This document shows positions 51,401 to 64,000 of a DNA stretch of 64,000 nt, piece by piece. Under the pieces are notes generated by a model. The model worked only from the letters and a program-made list of their open reading frames with translations, searched no databases and was not told where the DNA came from. Origin of the DNA: Mytilus trossulus (taxonomy: Eukaryota). The number at the start of each line of letters is the position of its first letter. Position 1 is the first letter of the stretch. The stretch lies in assembly GCF_036588685.1 (NCBI RefSeq), contig NC_086379.1, forward strand, positions 36,642,001-36,706,000, given 5' to 3'. The position numbers and the translations under genes were made by a program.

Positions 51401-53150
51401 TGACCTTGACATCTCTTCAGGCATTTCATGCAACAGTTTATGTTACAATCAGCAAAAATTAAACCTATTATCTTTTTCTCATTCCATGAAAAACAATATC
51501 ACATTTACAGTATAATCTTAATTTTTTTCCTGTATATAGTTACCTATATATTTCTTACATAAGGACAAATTTTAAAATTACAGCAATGGTCAATTCCAAG
51601 CAACAATGAGGATATAAAATTCAAATTTTAACTTCCCGGATAAATTCTTAACATTTTTTGAAAATTGAAAATTCAATTACAAATAGGCTGATAATGAGAT
51701 AATTAAAACAATAATTAACCTTGAACTTTTAAACTTTATTTAATATAAAATTATATATTAACTGATCCATTTCCTCATATCAGATATACATATATGTATA
51801 TATCTATACATGACCAAGATTCTTGGAACTCTTTTTAATCTTTGGACAAGGAAGTAAATGGAATCTCCAACAGAAATGAATGATTTCTATTTATAGACAC
51901 TTAAATGTCCAGGTATGTAGCAAACTGTTTACAGGTATCTGGAAACTTGGTTATTTCCAAAAAAAGTCATAAGTTTAAATGTTTAAATTAGGTATGATGA
52001 ATACTCTGATAATGTTATTGATCTGTTTTCGAAAAGACAACTGATATATGTGTATTTAAATCCTTTTATTGACATGATCGATTTCATAAGTTCATTGTGC
52101 AGTTGTTACCAAACAGTAAACAAAATATGCATTACGAAATAGAAGGTGTAAATAAGTGCAGATATATAAATATATTTTTTTTCATTTTAAAAGTTATGCA
52201 TTTGTATTTTATTGAGTGAAAACCAATCAAAATCTGCACAAAGAATTATATTTGCAGAAAATCTGTGAAAGTTGGTATTTCCTGATTAATTCAAGCAAAA
52301 TCAATTTCAGAACTGCTGACAAATTTTCATAAATGCGTTTTTTTTCCCTTGATGTATTTGTAGTCCTGAGTTTGCTGGCAGTACTAGGTTCCTGGTTAAC
52401 CAATGATAATTAGTACTTGCAGAAAATAAAACAAATTATTTCTGACATTACCAGGAACCTTTTATTGAGTTCTTCTGTTCTTAGAAAATAATTATATGAA
52501 AAGACAAATGAACCCCTCCCCTTTGTGAATTTACCTTGGAGTTTAGTATTTTTGTTACACTTATTTTAATGTAAATCATAAAATATTTGTGAAAATTTAA
52601 TTATTATAGAAACTGCAAGGAAAATGTATTGCAAAACTGAAAGTGAATTTTTAATTTGATAGCAGTATTTGCAAATTGCAGCATTTTCTGAAATCATGCA
52701 AAAACTTCAGGCATGTTTAAGTCTGATTCACAATCTCAATAATAAAACTATTGAAACATGTTCGATAGACTGATTGATTGATTGATTGTTGGTTGTTTCA
52801 CATTTACAATAAATGTCTTTCAGAACACAAATCAAATACTTCCATTTCATTTCTCAATGCATACATAATCTTTTCTAAGTAGTTTTAAATTTCTTAGTAG
52901 TTTAGTCATAAAGGGAGACAATTTAATTACTAACTCCATTACAGCAACATAAGGGCAAACAAAATATGGCTTTCAAAAGTATACAGTAGTATTAAAACCC
53001 TTCTACTGAAATCTTACCCATACATAAACTTTGTTCTATAAAATAAACCACAAGGATAAAAGAAGTTAATACCTCAACATGGGAAAGACATCTATGGGAG
53101 TATCAATGTAAAAAAACAAAAGTTAGTATTAAGAACTATCTTAGAAGTTA

Positions 53151-53407
53151 CATACCTGCCAACTGTCACTATTTGCGGGGGATTTCCCCCATGGAGGCTC
53201 CTAAATTGAAATTTTGAATGAGCATTTTTGTCCACAATTTTAAACAAAACAATTAGTTTTACAATGACATGAGGCCTATAAAAGTATGAAGAAGCAAAAA
53301 AACAACATTAAAATGTATTTAAAGGCCCCCTTGAAGGTTTTTTAGGACTATGACAGCCATATTGCACGCAAAACCCCCATGGGCATTTTGAAAAGTTGGC
53401 AGGTATG
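53151..53407. mobile_element. MITE with 14-bp TIR and 6-bp TSD (hAT-like termini)
   Basis: AAGTTA|CATACCTGCCAACT ... AGTTGGCAGGTATG|AAGTTA. Confidence 0.9.
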
Positions 53408-56400
53408 AAGTTAATATTCATATTTATTATTGTTTGTTAATTATTTTTCTGAATTTGCATAGTTCAAAATGTTTTGTATGATTTTATCTTCAAAGGTTTC
53501 ATGACCAAATTCAAATTTGACAGTAATCATAAGGAAAAAGACTTCTACACCCCCATGACCACTATCCAAAGGAGTGAGTTGAGTGCTTGATAACAGTATT
53601 TAATCCCACCACATTCTTTATGTGACTGTCCCATTAAGCCACAAGCCTGCTATCCAGTGAGTGGTTGTTCTTGGTTGTTCAACTTTAACTGTAAAATTTG
53701 TAAATAAAACATACTAAATCCTATTTCAAATATTTGGCTGGCATTGACTACTAACAATACTGGAGTTCTCAGAAAAAATGGTTAAATACTTCCCTCAGTT
53801 ATACCATATTTCTAGGATATTATATCTAACTAAAGTTATGAATAAAAAGGTCAATTATGTTCTGATAAGATAAATTTATCCTTTTTGTAATCATTATTAT
53901 CTGATGTTCTATATACGGCAATGACAGATGCATATTAGGTAGTTGCTCGACAAGGAAATGAGACCTTGACAATTTATAAATTTTCCATCCCATATTTTTT
54001 TATACTATATATAGTAATGCAGTCGATTCTTGTCAAAAAAGGGCCATGATCTATTACTGACATGTTAAATATCACAAATCAAAACTAATGGATGTAATTA
54101 AATAAAGTCTTTCTAATGATAAATTGAAAAGAAGGTTGTACCCTGTAATTACAGTTGAGCACCAAAAAAACCCAACATTTTCTGAAAGTGAAAGTAGTAT
54201 ATTAATTTGAAAACTGTGCTGTTGAGTTTTAGCAAATGGCTTCTAGAATATTGGAAAGTTTTCCAATGCAGAAAGCAATGAAATTATGATGATGATTTTA
54301 ATCATTGCATATGCTTCATGCATGCACTGTGTTTCTAAATTCATAAATATACCTTACAATTCTGCATATTTGCCATTTTAAAACAATAACTAGTTAATCC
54401 CTTCTTTCAGACTTGTGTAGAACCATTTGTTCTGGCATGGTTAGAAAGAACATATGTATTACAAAACAAAACACATATTTTTAAAAGACTATAGCTATTG
54501 GTGAAACTTTCAAAAATTGTAAATTATATTGGTATCTCAAACCAAATGAAAATTAAAAAATATGGATCATAATGTAGAAGATCCTTTCTTTTTTGTCTAG
54601 CTGTCAGAAAAAGTAGAAAATATTAGGCTTAGACATACTGTTTCCATTGGTGGTGTCAGTTTTTGGAGAACTACTAGTGGTATGTCAATGATATTTGATA
54701 TGCAGTTGTAATACATTTTATACTTAGTCTAATTATTGACAGTATTCACATGTGCTGTTTTATATTCCTACTGCTTTACTATTTTCATTAATAAACATAT
54801 TCTACAGTGCAATGATTGAAATACAACTACTGACAATTAAAACTTTACTTTTTACACCATATAAAAAAAGAAGATGTGGTTTGATTGCAAATGAGACAAC
54901 TCTCCACAAAAAACCAAATGTCACAGAAATTAACAACTATAGGTCACTGTACCTTCCTCCAACAATGAGCAAACCCCAAACAGCATAGTCGGCTATAAAA
55001 GTCTCCAAAATGGCACTGTAAAACAATCTAAACGAGAAACTGAGGGCCTTATTTAAAAAAAAAAAAAAAATGTTTGTTACACATTAACAAAAGACAACCA
55101 CTGAATTACAGAATCACGTTTTAATACTGTTGTTAACTTCACCAATAAAAAGGGTTACTTTAATGCTAAAAGATCCCCTTCTAATTATGGTGTAAATGAG
55201 GGTCAAATAATTTAATTTTGTTATTATACCATATTGGGCGTGTTTATTACAAATTAAGGATATTAAGAATTTCCAAAATGAGACAATTTAAAACTTGATA
55301 ATGCAAAAAACTGCAAACAAAATACTAAACTCAGCTTCAATAATAACCAAAAAAACAACGAAAATTTTAATGAAAATACCATGGATGATTTAGTACTGAA
55401 ATGAAATAATCTAAAAATTCAAATATACATTTTTACAACACATAAACAACCCATTCCTCTACAAATAAGATAGTCTGCTATGCCATTTGATTAGGGACTT
55501 TCTATTTTGAATTTTCCTCGGATTTCAGTATTTTTATGATATTACTTATTGCCATCAAACAACTTCAGAAGAAAAAAAATTCAAGAAGAATAGAAAAGCT
55601 GAAATCTTGCAGTAAAGAAACTAATGATGTATTCTAAAACATGTGGCATAAGGACATTTATAAATTTATTTTTAATTTATGCCTTAAACATGTTTTGAAA
55701 CAGGACACAGTAATTGGCAATACACATTTTGAACTATCAATGTTAATGATGAAATTTTCTAGGGCTTGTAGTTTAACTATAAATATTACATAGGAAAATT
55801 CAAACAATGGTTTCGGTACTTCTGTATTACCCCTCTTGTCATGATCTTGCCAAGGGGTAAAAACATCAAATTAATTTTCTATTCTTTCAAATTTCCTTGA
55901 CAGTAACAGGATATTAGAAAAAGCATTACGAGAGTTTTCAGTGTCAAAGATAAGAGAATTTTGATATTTTTACTTTAACATGTTTAAGCAGAATAAAGGA
56001 AGAAAATGAGTTTCATAAGTATCATGTGCACAGTGAAATCCTGAAAAAAAAATGACATATGAAAGGTGAAACTTTAGAGAGAGCTCATATTAAAAGGACA
56101 ATTCTATTAAAAGTTTTACAACTTGTTGGTATGACATGCAGAAGGAATTAATATGTGCAAATCTGACTGTTTCGGAACTCCTCTTACATCATTAACATGA
56201 ATTTTGATATTTTGTATTTAATGACCAGCAAATGATCTGTTTTTGTCAAAATAAAGAAGAAATTTTATATTTGCTGTCCTTGTATTATTATGTACATGTA
56301 TTTACATGTAAGGAATTTAGTAGAGTATTATAGTGAGGAAGTTGTACTGAAAAATAAAATTGAGAAAAGAAATGGTGAATGTGTCAAAGCGACAACAACC

Positions 56401-56565
56401 CGACCATAGAGCAGACAACAGCCGAATGCCACCAATGGGTCTTCAATGAAGAGAGAATTCCCGCACCAGTAGATGTCCTTCAGCTGGCCCCTAAAAATAT
56501 GTATACTAGTACAGTGATAATGGACGTCATACTAAACTCCGAATTATACGCAAGAAACTAAAATT

Positions 56566-58423
56566 AACCAAATGCTCCGCAGGGTGCAGCTTTATACGAC
56601 TGCAGAGGTTGAACCCTGAACGGTTGGGGAAAGTATGGACACAACATTCAAGCTGGATTCAGCTCTAAATTTGGATTGTGATTAAATAGTTGACACAGCA
56701 TAGGTTTCTGACACAAAATGAATGTGGTCTAATTAATGAACTTAAAAAAATGTTTGCCTTTGAGCAATTCACCATGCTGTTGAATATTAATCCTCTCAAA
56801 AAAATGTTTGAAAAATTTTCTTTTAATATATGAAATCTGAAAAAAAAATGACCCCCCCCCCCCCCAATTTTGATTTCACATCCCCCTTTCCCTTATTCCA
56901 AAACTGACCTCAATTCAAATTTCTAATGGAGTTTGCAAAAATAACTGCTCATTTAAATACATCTTCAAATATTAAAATGTAAAAAAAAGTGCTTGTTATC
57001 ACTGAATGGTAAAGATTTGTTTTAATTTATCAGTTGGTAGTAAAAGTGAAAATACATTGTATAGTGTATAAAACAATGATTTAAGTTGATTCAACTACTA
57101 TTCTGGACAAAGAAAGATAACTCAAATTTTCAAAGAATATTGAAAATATCTTGCTATTGCACAAATATCTATTCTGGACAAAGAAAGATAACTCCAATTG
57201 AAAATTAATTGCTATTGCACAATATTATGCAATTAGATATTTCTTCCTATTGCGCAATACTGTCAATTGAAGATTTCTTGCTATTGAACAATATTGTGCA
57301 ATTGAAAATTTCTTGCTATTGCACAATACTGTGCAATTGAAAATTTCTTGCTATTGCACAATACTTAAAATAATAATTTTGAATCCTGATTTGGACCAAA
57401 TTGAAAACTTTGCCCATAATCAAAAATCCAAGTACATGTTTAAAATCAGCATATCAAAGAACCCCAAGGATTCAATTTTTGTTAAAATCAAACTAAGTTT
57501 AATTTTGGACCCTTTGGACCCTAATGTAGACCAATTTGAAAATGGGACCAAAAATTAAGAATCTACTAACACAGTTAGATTTGGCACATCAAACAACCCG
57601 AATTATTTAATTTTTGATTAAATCAAACAAAGTTAAATTTTGGACCCTGATCTGGACCAACTTGAAAACTGGGCCAATAATCAAAAATCTAAATACATTT
57701 TAAGATTCAGCATATCAAAGAACCCCAAGGATTCAATTTTTGTTAAAATCAAACTAAGTTTAATTTTGGACCCTTTGGACCCTAATGTAGACCAATTTGA
57801 AAACGGGACCAAAAATTAAGAATCTACAAACACAGTTAGATTCAGCATATCAAAGAACCCCTATTATTCCATTTTTTATGAAATCAAACAAAGTTTAGTT
57901 TTGGACCCTTTGGGCCCCTTATTTCCCAACTGTTGGGACCAAAACTTCCAAAATCAATCCCAATCTTCCTTTTGTGTTCATAAACCTTGTGTTTAAATTT
58001 CATTGATTTCTATTCATTTATACTACAGTTATTGTGAAAAAAACAAGAATAATGCTTATTTGGGCCCTTTTTTGGCCCCTTATTCCTAAACAGTTGTGGT
58101 CATAAACCTTGTGTCAAAATTTTATAGATTTCTATTTACTTAAACTAAAGTTACTGTGCGAAAACCAAGAAAATGCTTATTTGGGCCCTTTTTGGCCCCT
58201 AATTCCTAAAATGTTGGGACCAAAACTCCGAAAATCAATACCAACCTTCCTATAGTGGTCATAAACCTTGTTTTAAAATTTCATAGATTTCTATTCACTT
58301 TTACTAAAGTTAGAGTTAGAGTGCGAAAACTAAAAGTATTCGGACGACGAAGAAGACGACGACGACGCCAACGTGATAGCAATATACGACGAAATTTTTT
58401 TTCAAATTTTGCGGTCGTATAAA
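56566..58423 (+). mobile_element. Helentron/HINE-type non-autonomous element with three internal tandem arrays
   Basis: Sub-terminal IR TATACGACTGCA (56593) / TGCGGTCGTATA (58410); GAC microsatellite and terminal stem-loop; inserted in an A-run with no TSD; arrays of 35 bp, 261 bp and ~160 bp. Confidence 0.85.
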
Positions 58424-61025
58424 AATCATACAAGACTAACAAAGGCCAGAGGCTCCTGACTTGGGACTTGAAAAATGACTATATAGATGAAATTGAGAAT
58501 GGAAACTGGGAATGTGTCACAGAGACAACAACCCAAAGAACATGAACAGCCAAAGGCCACCGACTAGATTCAACAGTGAAAAATTCTGAACCAGATGTGG
58601 GTGTCAGCTGACATTGTATAGGATATATAGGGCCAGAAGATTACGAAAGACATGCAAAACTCATAAGTTGAAGAGAAACTGAGAACATAATTGCAAAATA
58701 ATGAAAAAGACAAACAACAGTCCACAAATCATAACATAAAAAGTTGTTAGATTGAGCAAAACCAGATCTACCAAAAAATAATCAGTCAGTATTAACTACT
58801 GTGGATTCCATTATTTTTGTGGGTACCAATTTTCATGGATTGAGGAAAACTAACATGATGTGGATGTATCATCTTAAATAAAAGTTGTAATTTGTTGAAT
58901 ATCCTAAATAATGCTCCTGTAAGTTGATCCTATTTATATTATATACTTGACAATTATATATAGTCTTAAATGCCACAATAGTACCAAGTTTTACGCAGAA
59001 GTTTTGTTCAATATCAATTTGTGCTATAGCATATTATATAAAATGGCTATTTGGAAAAAAAACGATAGAGAAAAGAAAACCATCAAAATCAGTCATACTT
59101 TTAATAACATATCAAAATCAAGACAGACTGTTATAGAATTGCTGTGGTTATTTTTTTAAAGGAAACTCAGTTTCTCAAACAAAAAATAAAATTGCACTAC
59201 ATTTTACGTACTACCAAGTTCTCATTTTGAGTTTTGGGTGGGTTTGTAGAAATTGGGATGTGCTTATTGACACATGATAAAATCAGAAATGATGGGTAAA
59301 TTGGACAAGTGTGTGGGATTAGACCCATAATAGTAAGGATGGAATTAGTAGAGGTGTGGGTAATTTATACCTTACGGCTTATGATGAACATGTCCATTGA
59401 GTTTTTGATTAAAAACAAACACATATTGAAATCATCCTACTAAAAGATTATATCATTTCAATATATTTATTTAGAAGGCCACTCCATATATAGTGACTGA
59501 TATAAAAGAACCCTGATCTTATGTAAATCAATTATCTAGAATATGGCCTGTACTTGAGAACACATCTATTTAGGGATAGGATATTACATTTTGCACTAAA
59601 TCATCATGGTTTTGATAACAATCAGAAGACCATGTCCTTAATTACTTTAGGTATTAAATAATAATGACACATTAAATGTTTATTACTGCATTTCGTAATA
59701 TTACTGCACGTAACCTTATGGTTTTTAATAATAAACGTTACAAGGTTCTAAGAATACCTTGTTTACTGATACATGTACCTAATAATTTGTTTACTATCAG
59801 CCCTTTAAAAAATAATAAAAAATATAAAAAAACAAACAATCCTTTTATTTATATTTTCACATCATTAATCTACAAAATAAAATCAAAGACAAATTTCACT
59901 TGGTAAACATAAAGTCTTATGTTTCGTTATTCATAATATATACTTGTCAATATAGAAAGAACTTATTATAGCTTTCATAGTCACCGTTAAAAAAAATTTA
60001 TACATATTTTTTCATCATTCTCAAACTTCAAAGTTCTGAAGATGAATAATCTATTATCCGGACCAATATTTTAAATGTTATTTTTTAAGATTTAGTGTTT
60101 GAAGATAACAAAACAATATGTAAATACTTTTAAAGGTGACCCTTTGAAAATATATTGATATGCATAAATTTGGTGTACCGGTACATAGTAAATGTTATTT
60201 AAAGTTCAAAAAGTTGAAATAAAATTTTATTTATAAAAATAAAAAAAATAAAAAAATGGTATGATATGCTTGCCTACGTGACAGCTGTTAACAAGAGATC
60301 AAAGGATGAGAGCATTTACATCTATATAGAGCCATAAAAGGCCCTGTCATTGTAAAATGCAAAATTTTCTAAAAAAAAAAGAATACTAGCAAAAATGGAA
60401 GCCGGCAGCCAGCAATAACCATTGACTTAGAGAATTCCTACTTGAGAAGAACACATAAAGAACGTAATGAGGTAAACAGTAAAAGTACACATAAAGATTA
60501 TTGTTGATCATCTCAATGAGATTTATTTTCTAGCTTGAGCTGGTATAGCAAAAGTGAGAAAAGCAATCGAGCTGAGATGACCACTGATAATCTGTTTATG
60601 GATACTTTACTTATGACAATAATCAGACAACGTTGTAAACTTCATTGACAATGGCTTGTGGGCCCTTAGTTTCTAGCCATAATTTTCCATATCACTCTAC
60701 TGTTCGGAGAAAGGAAATTATCAGTCAGTATTAAATATCAAAGGAAAATTTCGTAAAATAGCGATAAATATTGATATCAAAGTGAAATTACAGTAGTTAA
60801 TATCATAAATATAATCAAAATACTTCAATCATCCTTTTATCCTTTTTTCTACAAAGTTATATATTCGTTTACTACTATATGGTTTTCCCTTCTTCTCTAT
60901 TTACATTTCAGCTCCACAGAGACAAGGTAACTGCCAATTACCATGATTAAAACAGCCTAATGATTATTTGTCACAGAATAAGTTTGTCTCTAAGGTTTCT
61001 TCTTTTGATGATAATTACATAACAT

Positions 61026-62080
61026 CAAGGGTCCGGAAATGGTCATATTTGCCAGTCATGTCCTAAACTGAAACTATAATGTCCTAAACTTTTAATTGGG
61101 ATTTAGGTCAAATTTTATTTTTCAACCGTAATAATTTCGGTCATTTCGTTGAGATCGACTTTCAAAATCGCCATTTTGAACATATTTTTTTTTTGTTATC
61201 GATTTCCTGTAATAAAACTGCCACTTCAATAAAGAGTTATAATCCTGAGGGCCCTCCTAATAACTATATTAATGCCTCGGGGAGCTATTGGCTAATGATT
61301 GCTAATCTCTTTACCTGTGTTTTTAATTCACACCTAGCAATTAATCACAAGCTCCAAACTATTATTATAAAGAAATAAAAATTCCATACCAACTGGCTTC
61401 ATTATTTAATTACTCAACAGGTCAGACAATTGTCAATTATGATTTAAAATTATATTAAAACTTGGTTTAATTTACGTAGATTTTTTTTTTACTTCTAACA
61501 CACGTGCTTTGTTTACTATGTAATACGCATGCTTGAAATTCTCTTCCACAGATTTAGACAATTAATTGTAAATTTAAAATAATTTCATCCTAAATAAAGC
61601 TAGTGGCACCTATTTTAATTAATATTCTTACACTATTAAAGGTAAAATATTAAAAAGCCGATGATTTCCTGTGATTTGGATAAACATAACTAATCCCGGA
61701 AATGAGTCCGGAATTGTTCTTTTCAGTTTTGTTGCAGTACATCCGGTTTTAATTTTGACTTCAGAATCAAAGAAAACATAAGCGATAACTGAGAATATTA
61801 TCGTTTTGAGTCATTAAAATCATTTAATTTTTAAACTGTTGCCTTCCCTTAATTGCTCTTAAACGATTTTTGGAAAATGGTAGGACAAATCATGAATTAA
61901 ATGCGATGCAACAGTGAAACAAGATTGTTGATGCTACGAACATGACAATCGAGTATGAGCATACTCATAATGAGTCTCATGCAGTAATGTGATTTTGACA
62001 ATCATTTTTTGAAAAGGGGCATCAACTTTTAAGTTGTATGAAAATGACGGAAATTAGGTGAAAAAATTTCCGGATCCTTG
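61026..62080. mobile_element. Non-autonomous hAT-type element
   Basis: TIR CAAGG(G/A)TCCGGAAAT with perfect 8-bp TSD CATAACAT (61018-61025 and 62081-62088). Confidence 0.9.
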
Positions 62081-64000
62081 CATAACATGTATGTTTCATA
62101 TGGATCCATACTTTTGATTGGCTGATACATGTAACAGTCAAAAGGCATTTCAAAATTAGATTTTGAAAAAATAGCATATGAAAACAAACTGAAAATTCAA
62201 TGTTACTAGCAGTTTCATCATACTTTCATGACTAGCGTAAAATGTAATTATAAATGAGAATTGAATGTTTATGTAAATATAGGGGTATAAAAGCATTGAT
62301 ATTGGGGATGCTGTCTCATCCAAATGTGCTTCAGTCAACACTTTTACACCCCAATAACATCATAAAAAGAAAATTTCAATTCTAAAAGTAGACAATAAGA
62401 TGCCCCTGCACTCCACTCTAAAGTAACTGTATTATAAGAAAGTCAATATGGGAATTTCTTTGAGATGCTACTGTGTCTGGAAGACAGAAACAGACAAGGG
62501 AACAGATGCACAGACCGAAAAACATAATGCCCTAAGTGGAGCATTAAAACATTATAAACATTTCTTAATTCATAGTATTTATTTGCATAAGAGGTTACAT
62601 TTAAAAAGTAAACAACATTAGGAATTCGCAGAACAAGTTCATTGTACATACATTTAGGTACAATACTACTGGGTAACTGAAAACACTGGTTAGATCAATA
62701 TCCTCTATATTTGTATTAGTATTACATTATGAAGAGCAATTACGTAATATAAAAGGTAGTTGGGTGGTTTATTAAATTTTTTTCTTTAAATGATTAAAAT
62801 CAGTTGATTCAATGATGATTCAATTATAACATGCTACTACTTTTGTATAAAATACAAAAGACTGTATAGCAAAGCAATCTGACATTTTTATTGGTACAGC
62901 ATTTAAATCAAAAGATTATAATGTTGTTATTGTTTGAAAAAAAAAAACACCCTCAAATTGTATAACGGCAAGGTAGTAAACAATCTTCCATACAAAATTT
63001 GATGTATTTCGGTATTATGTCAAAAAGCCTTATATCAGAAAGAAGATTATCTTGGAAATAAGAGAGGTTACTTTCAAAGACCACTCAAGTTGATCAGATT
63101 TAACACCTAGCTATTAGTTTATCTTAGTTTGAACTGCAAACATTTCAAGAAAGGTTGAAATTTTCTTGAACTTCCCAATTCTTCAGCAAATCAGATACAA
63201 TAACTAAGATCTGCTTATTGAACTCGTTCTGGCATGATTGCAATAATATATAGGTGTACCCCCGACTTTCCAGGAATTTCCTTTCGTGAAGTAATGACAT
63301 AATGCTTCTTTAAGTCAATGACACTTGTGTGAAAAGGGTTTTTTGAAAACCCAAGTTTGTGCATGAAGTTCTCTGATGTTTTCAATATGCTCTGGCGGAA
63401 AACCTAATATAACCTGTACATAACGCTAAAGACATGATCCTTGAGTAAATCTAAAAATGTTTATGTTCAAAATAATTCAAATTCTTTATACTTTTAAAAG
63501 AATATAAAAATAGATAAAATAATTGTATTATTTCATAACCTATATGAAGCTGTCATTGGATTTTTACAGTCTAAGGGCAATAACTCTAAATTTTATATTT
63601 GAATCCTAATAAATGAACCTATTTAAAAATTACATCATGTTTTTTTCTTCTATGTAACTCAAGATACATAATCTTTTCAAGTTTAAATAGGGGTCAGAAT
63701 ATATGTTGATGTTGTACATGAACAATATCACAATAACAATAGAGTAACCTAAATCAAAGTGCACTGTCATAACTCCGGAAATCTTTCATTTCTTTTACAA
63801 ATAATTCACCTTGTACATGTATTATAGACCATTGAGGAAGACATGAAAAGCTAACAACAAACATTTTACAGTTTTAATAAACTGTAGCAATGTCATGCTT
63901 TTCATTTTAATAGACTTAAATAACTGAAGGTCCTTGGTCATAAAAATACATGGTACTATAGAAGTACAAAATTTGTTCTCGTAACACCAAATCTTAAGTA

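Noticed and set aside
57195-57365. 35-bp repeats resembling a CRISPR array
   Set aside because: Head-to-tail with no unique spacers, inside a HINE-type element, eukaryotic context, no cas genes

Overview
AT-rich, repeat-dense animal genomic DNA. The repeat families look bivalve, most likely Mytilus (inference). The only recognisable host gene is the 3' part of CLEC16A (Ema/GOP-1 family) on the minus strand. It has five exons (34269-34389, 28326-28368, 23693-23801, 22176-22452, 4518-5515) with GT-AG borders and mutually compatible phases, and ends in a ~330-aa disordered tail. No upstream exon was recognised in the remaining ~29.6 kb. The introns are filled with mobile elements: Penelope-like (PLE) RT/GIY-YIG remnants, a deleted Tc1/mariner, TTAA-flanked Kolobok-type MITEs, hAT-type elements, Helentron/HINE-type elements carrying satellite arrays, SINE-like repeats and two local segmental duplications. 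The most notable signal is invisible in the ORF track: at least six minimal type-I hammerhead ribozyme cores (CUGANGA-stem II-GAAA-helix III-UC) in two lineages, within short non-coding retrozyme-type units. One copy is a 364-bp monomer plus a 26-bp terminal redundancy, as expected from reverse transcription of a circular or multimeric RNA. Such retrozymes have been described in mussels, so the class is not new. The second lineage, the extra structured domain and the strand-biased decay relative to the host gene merit checking.
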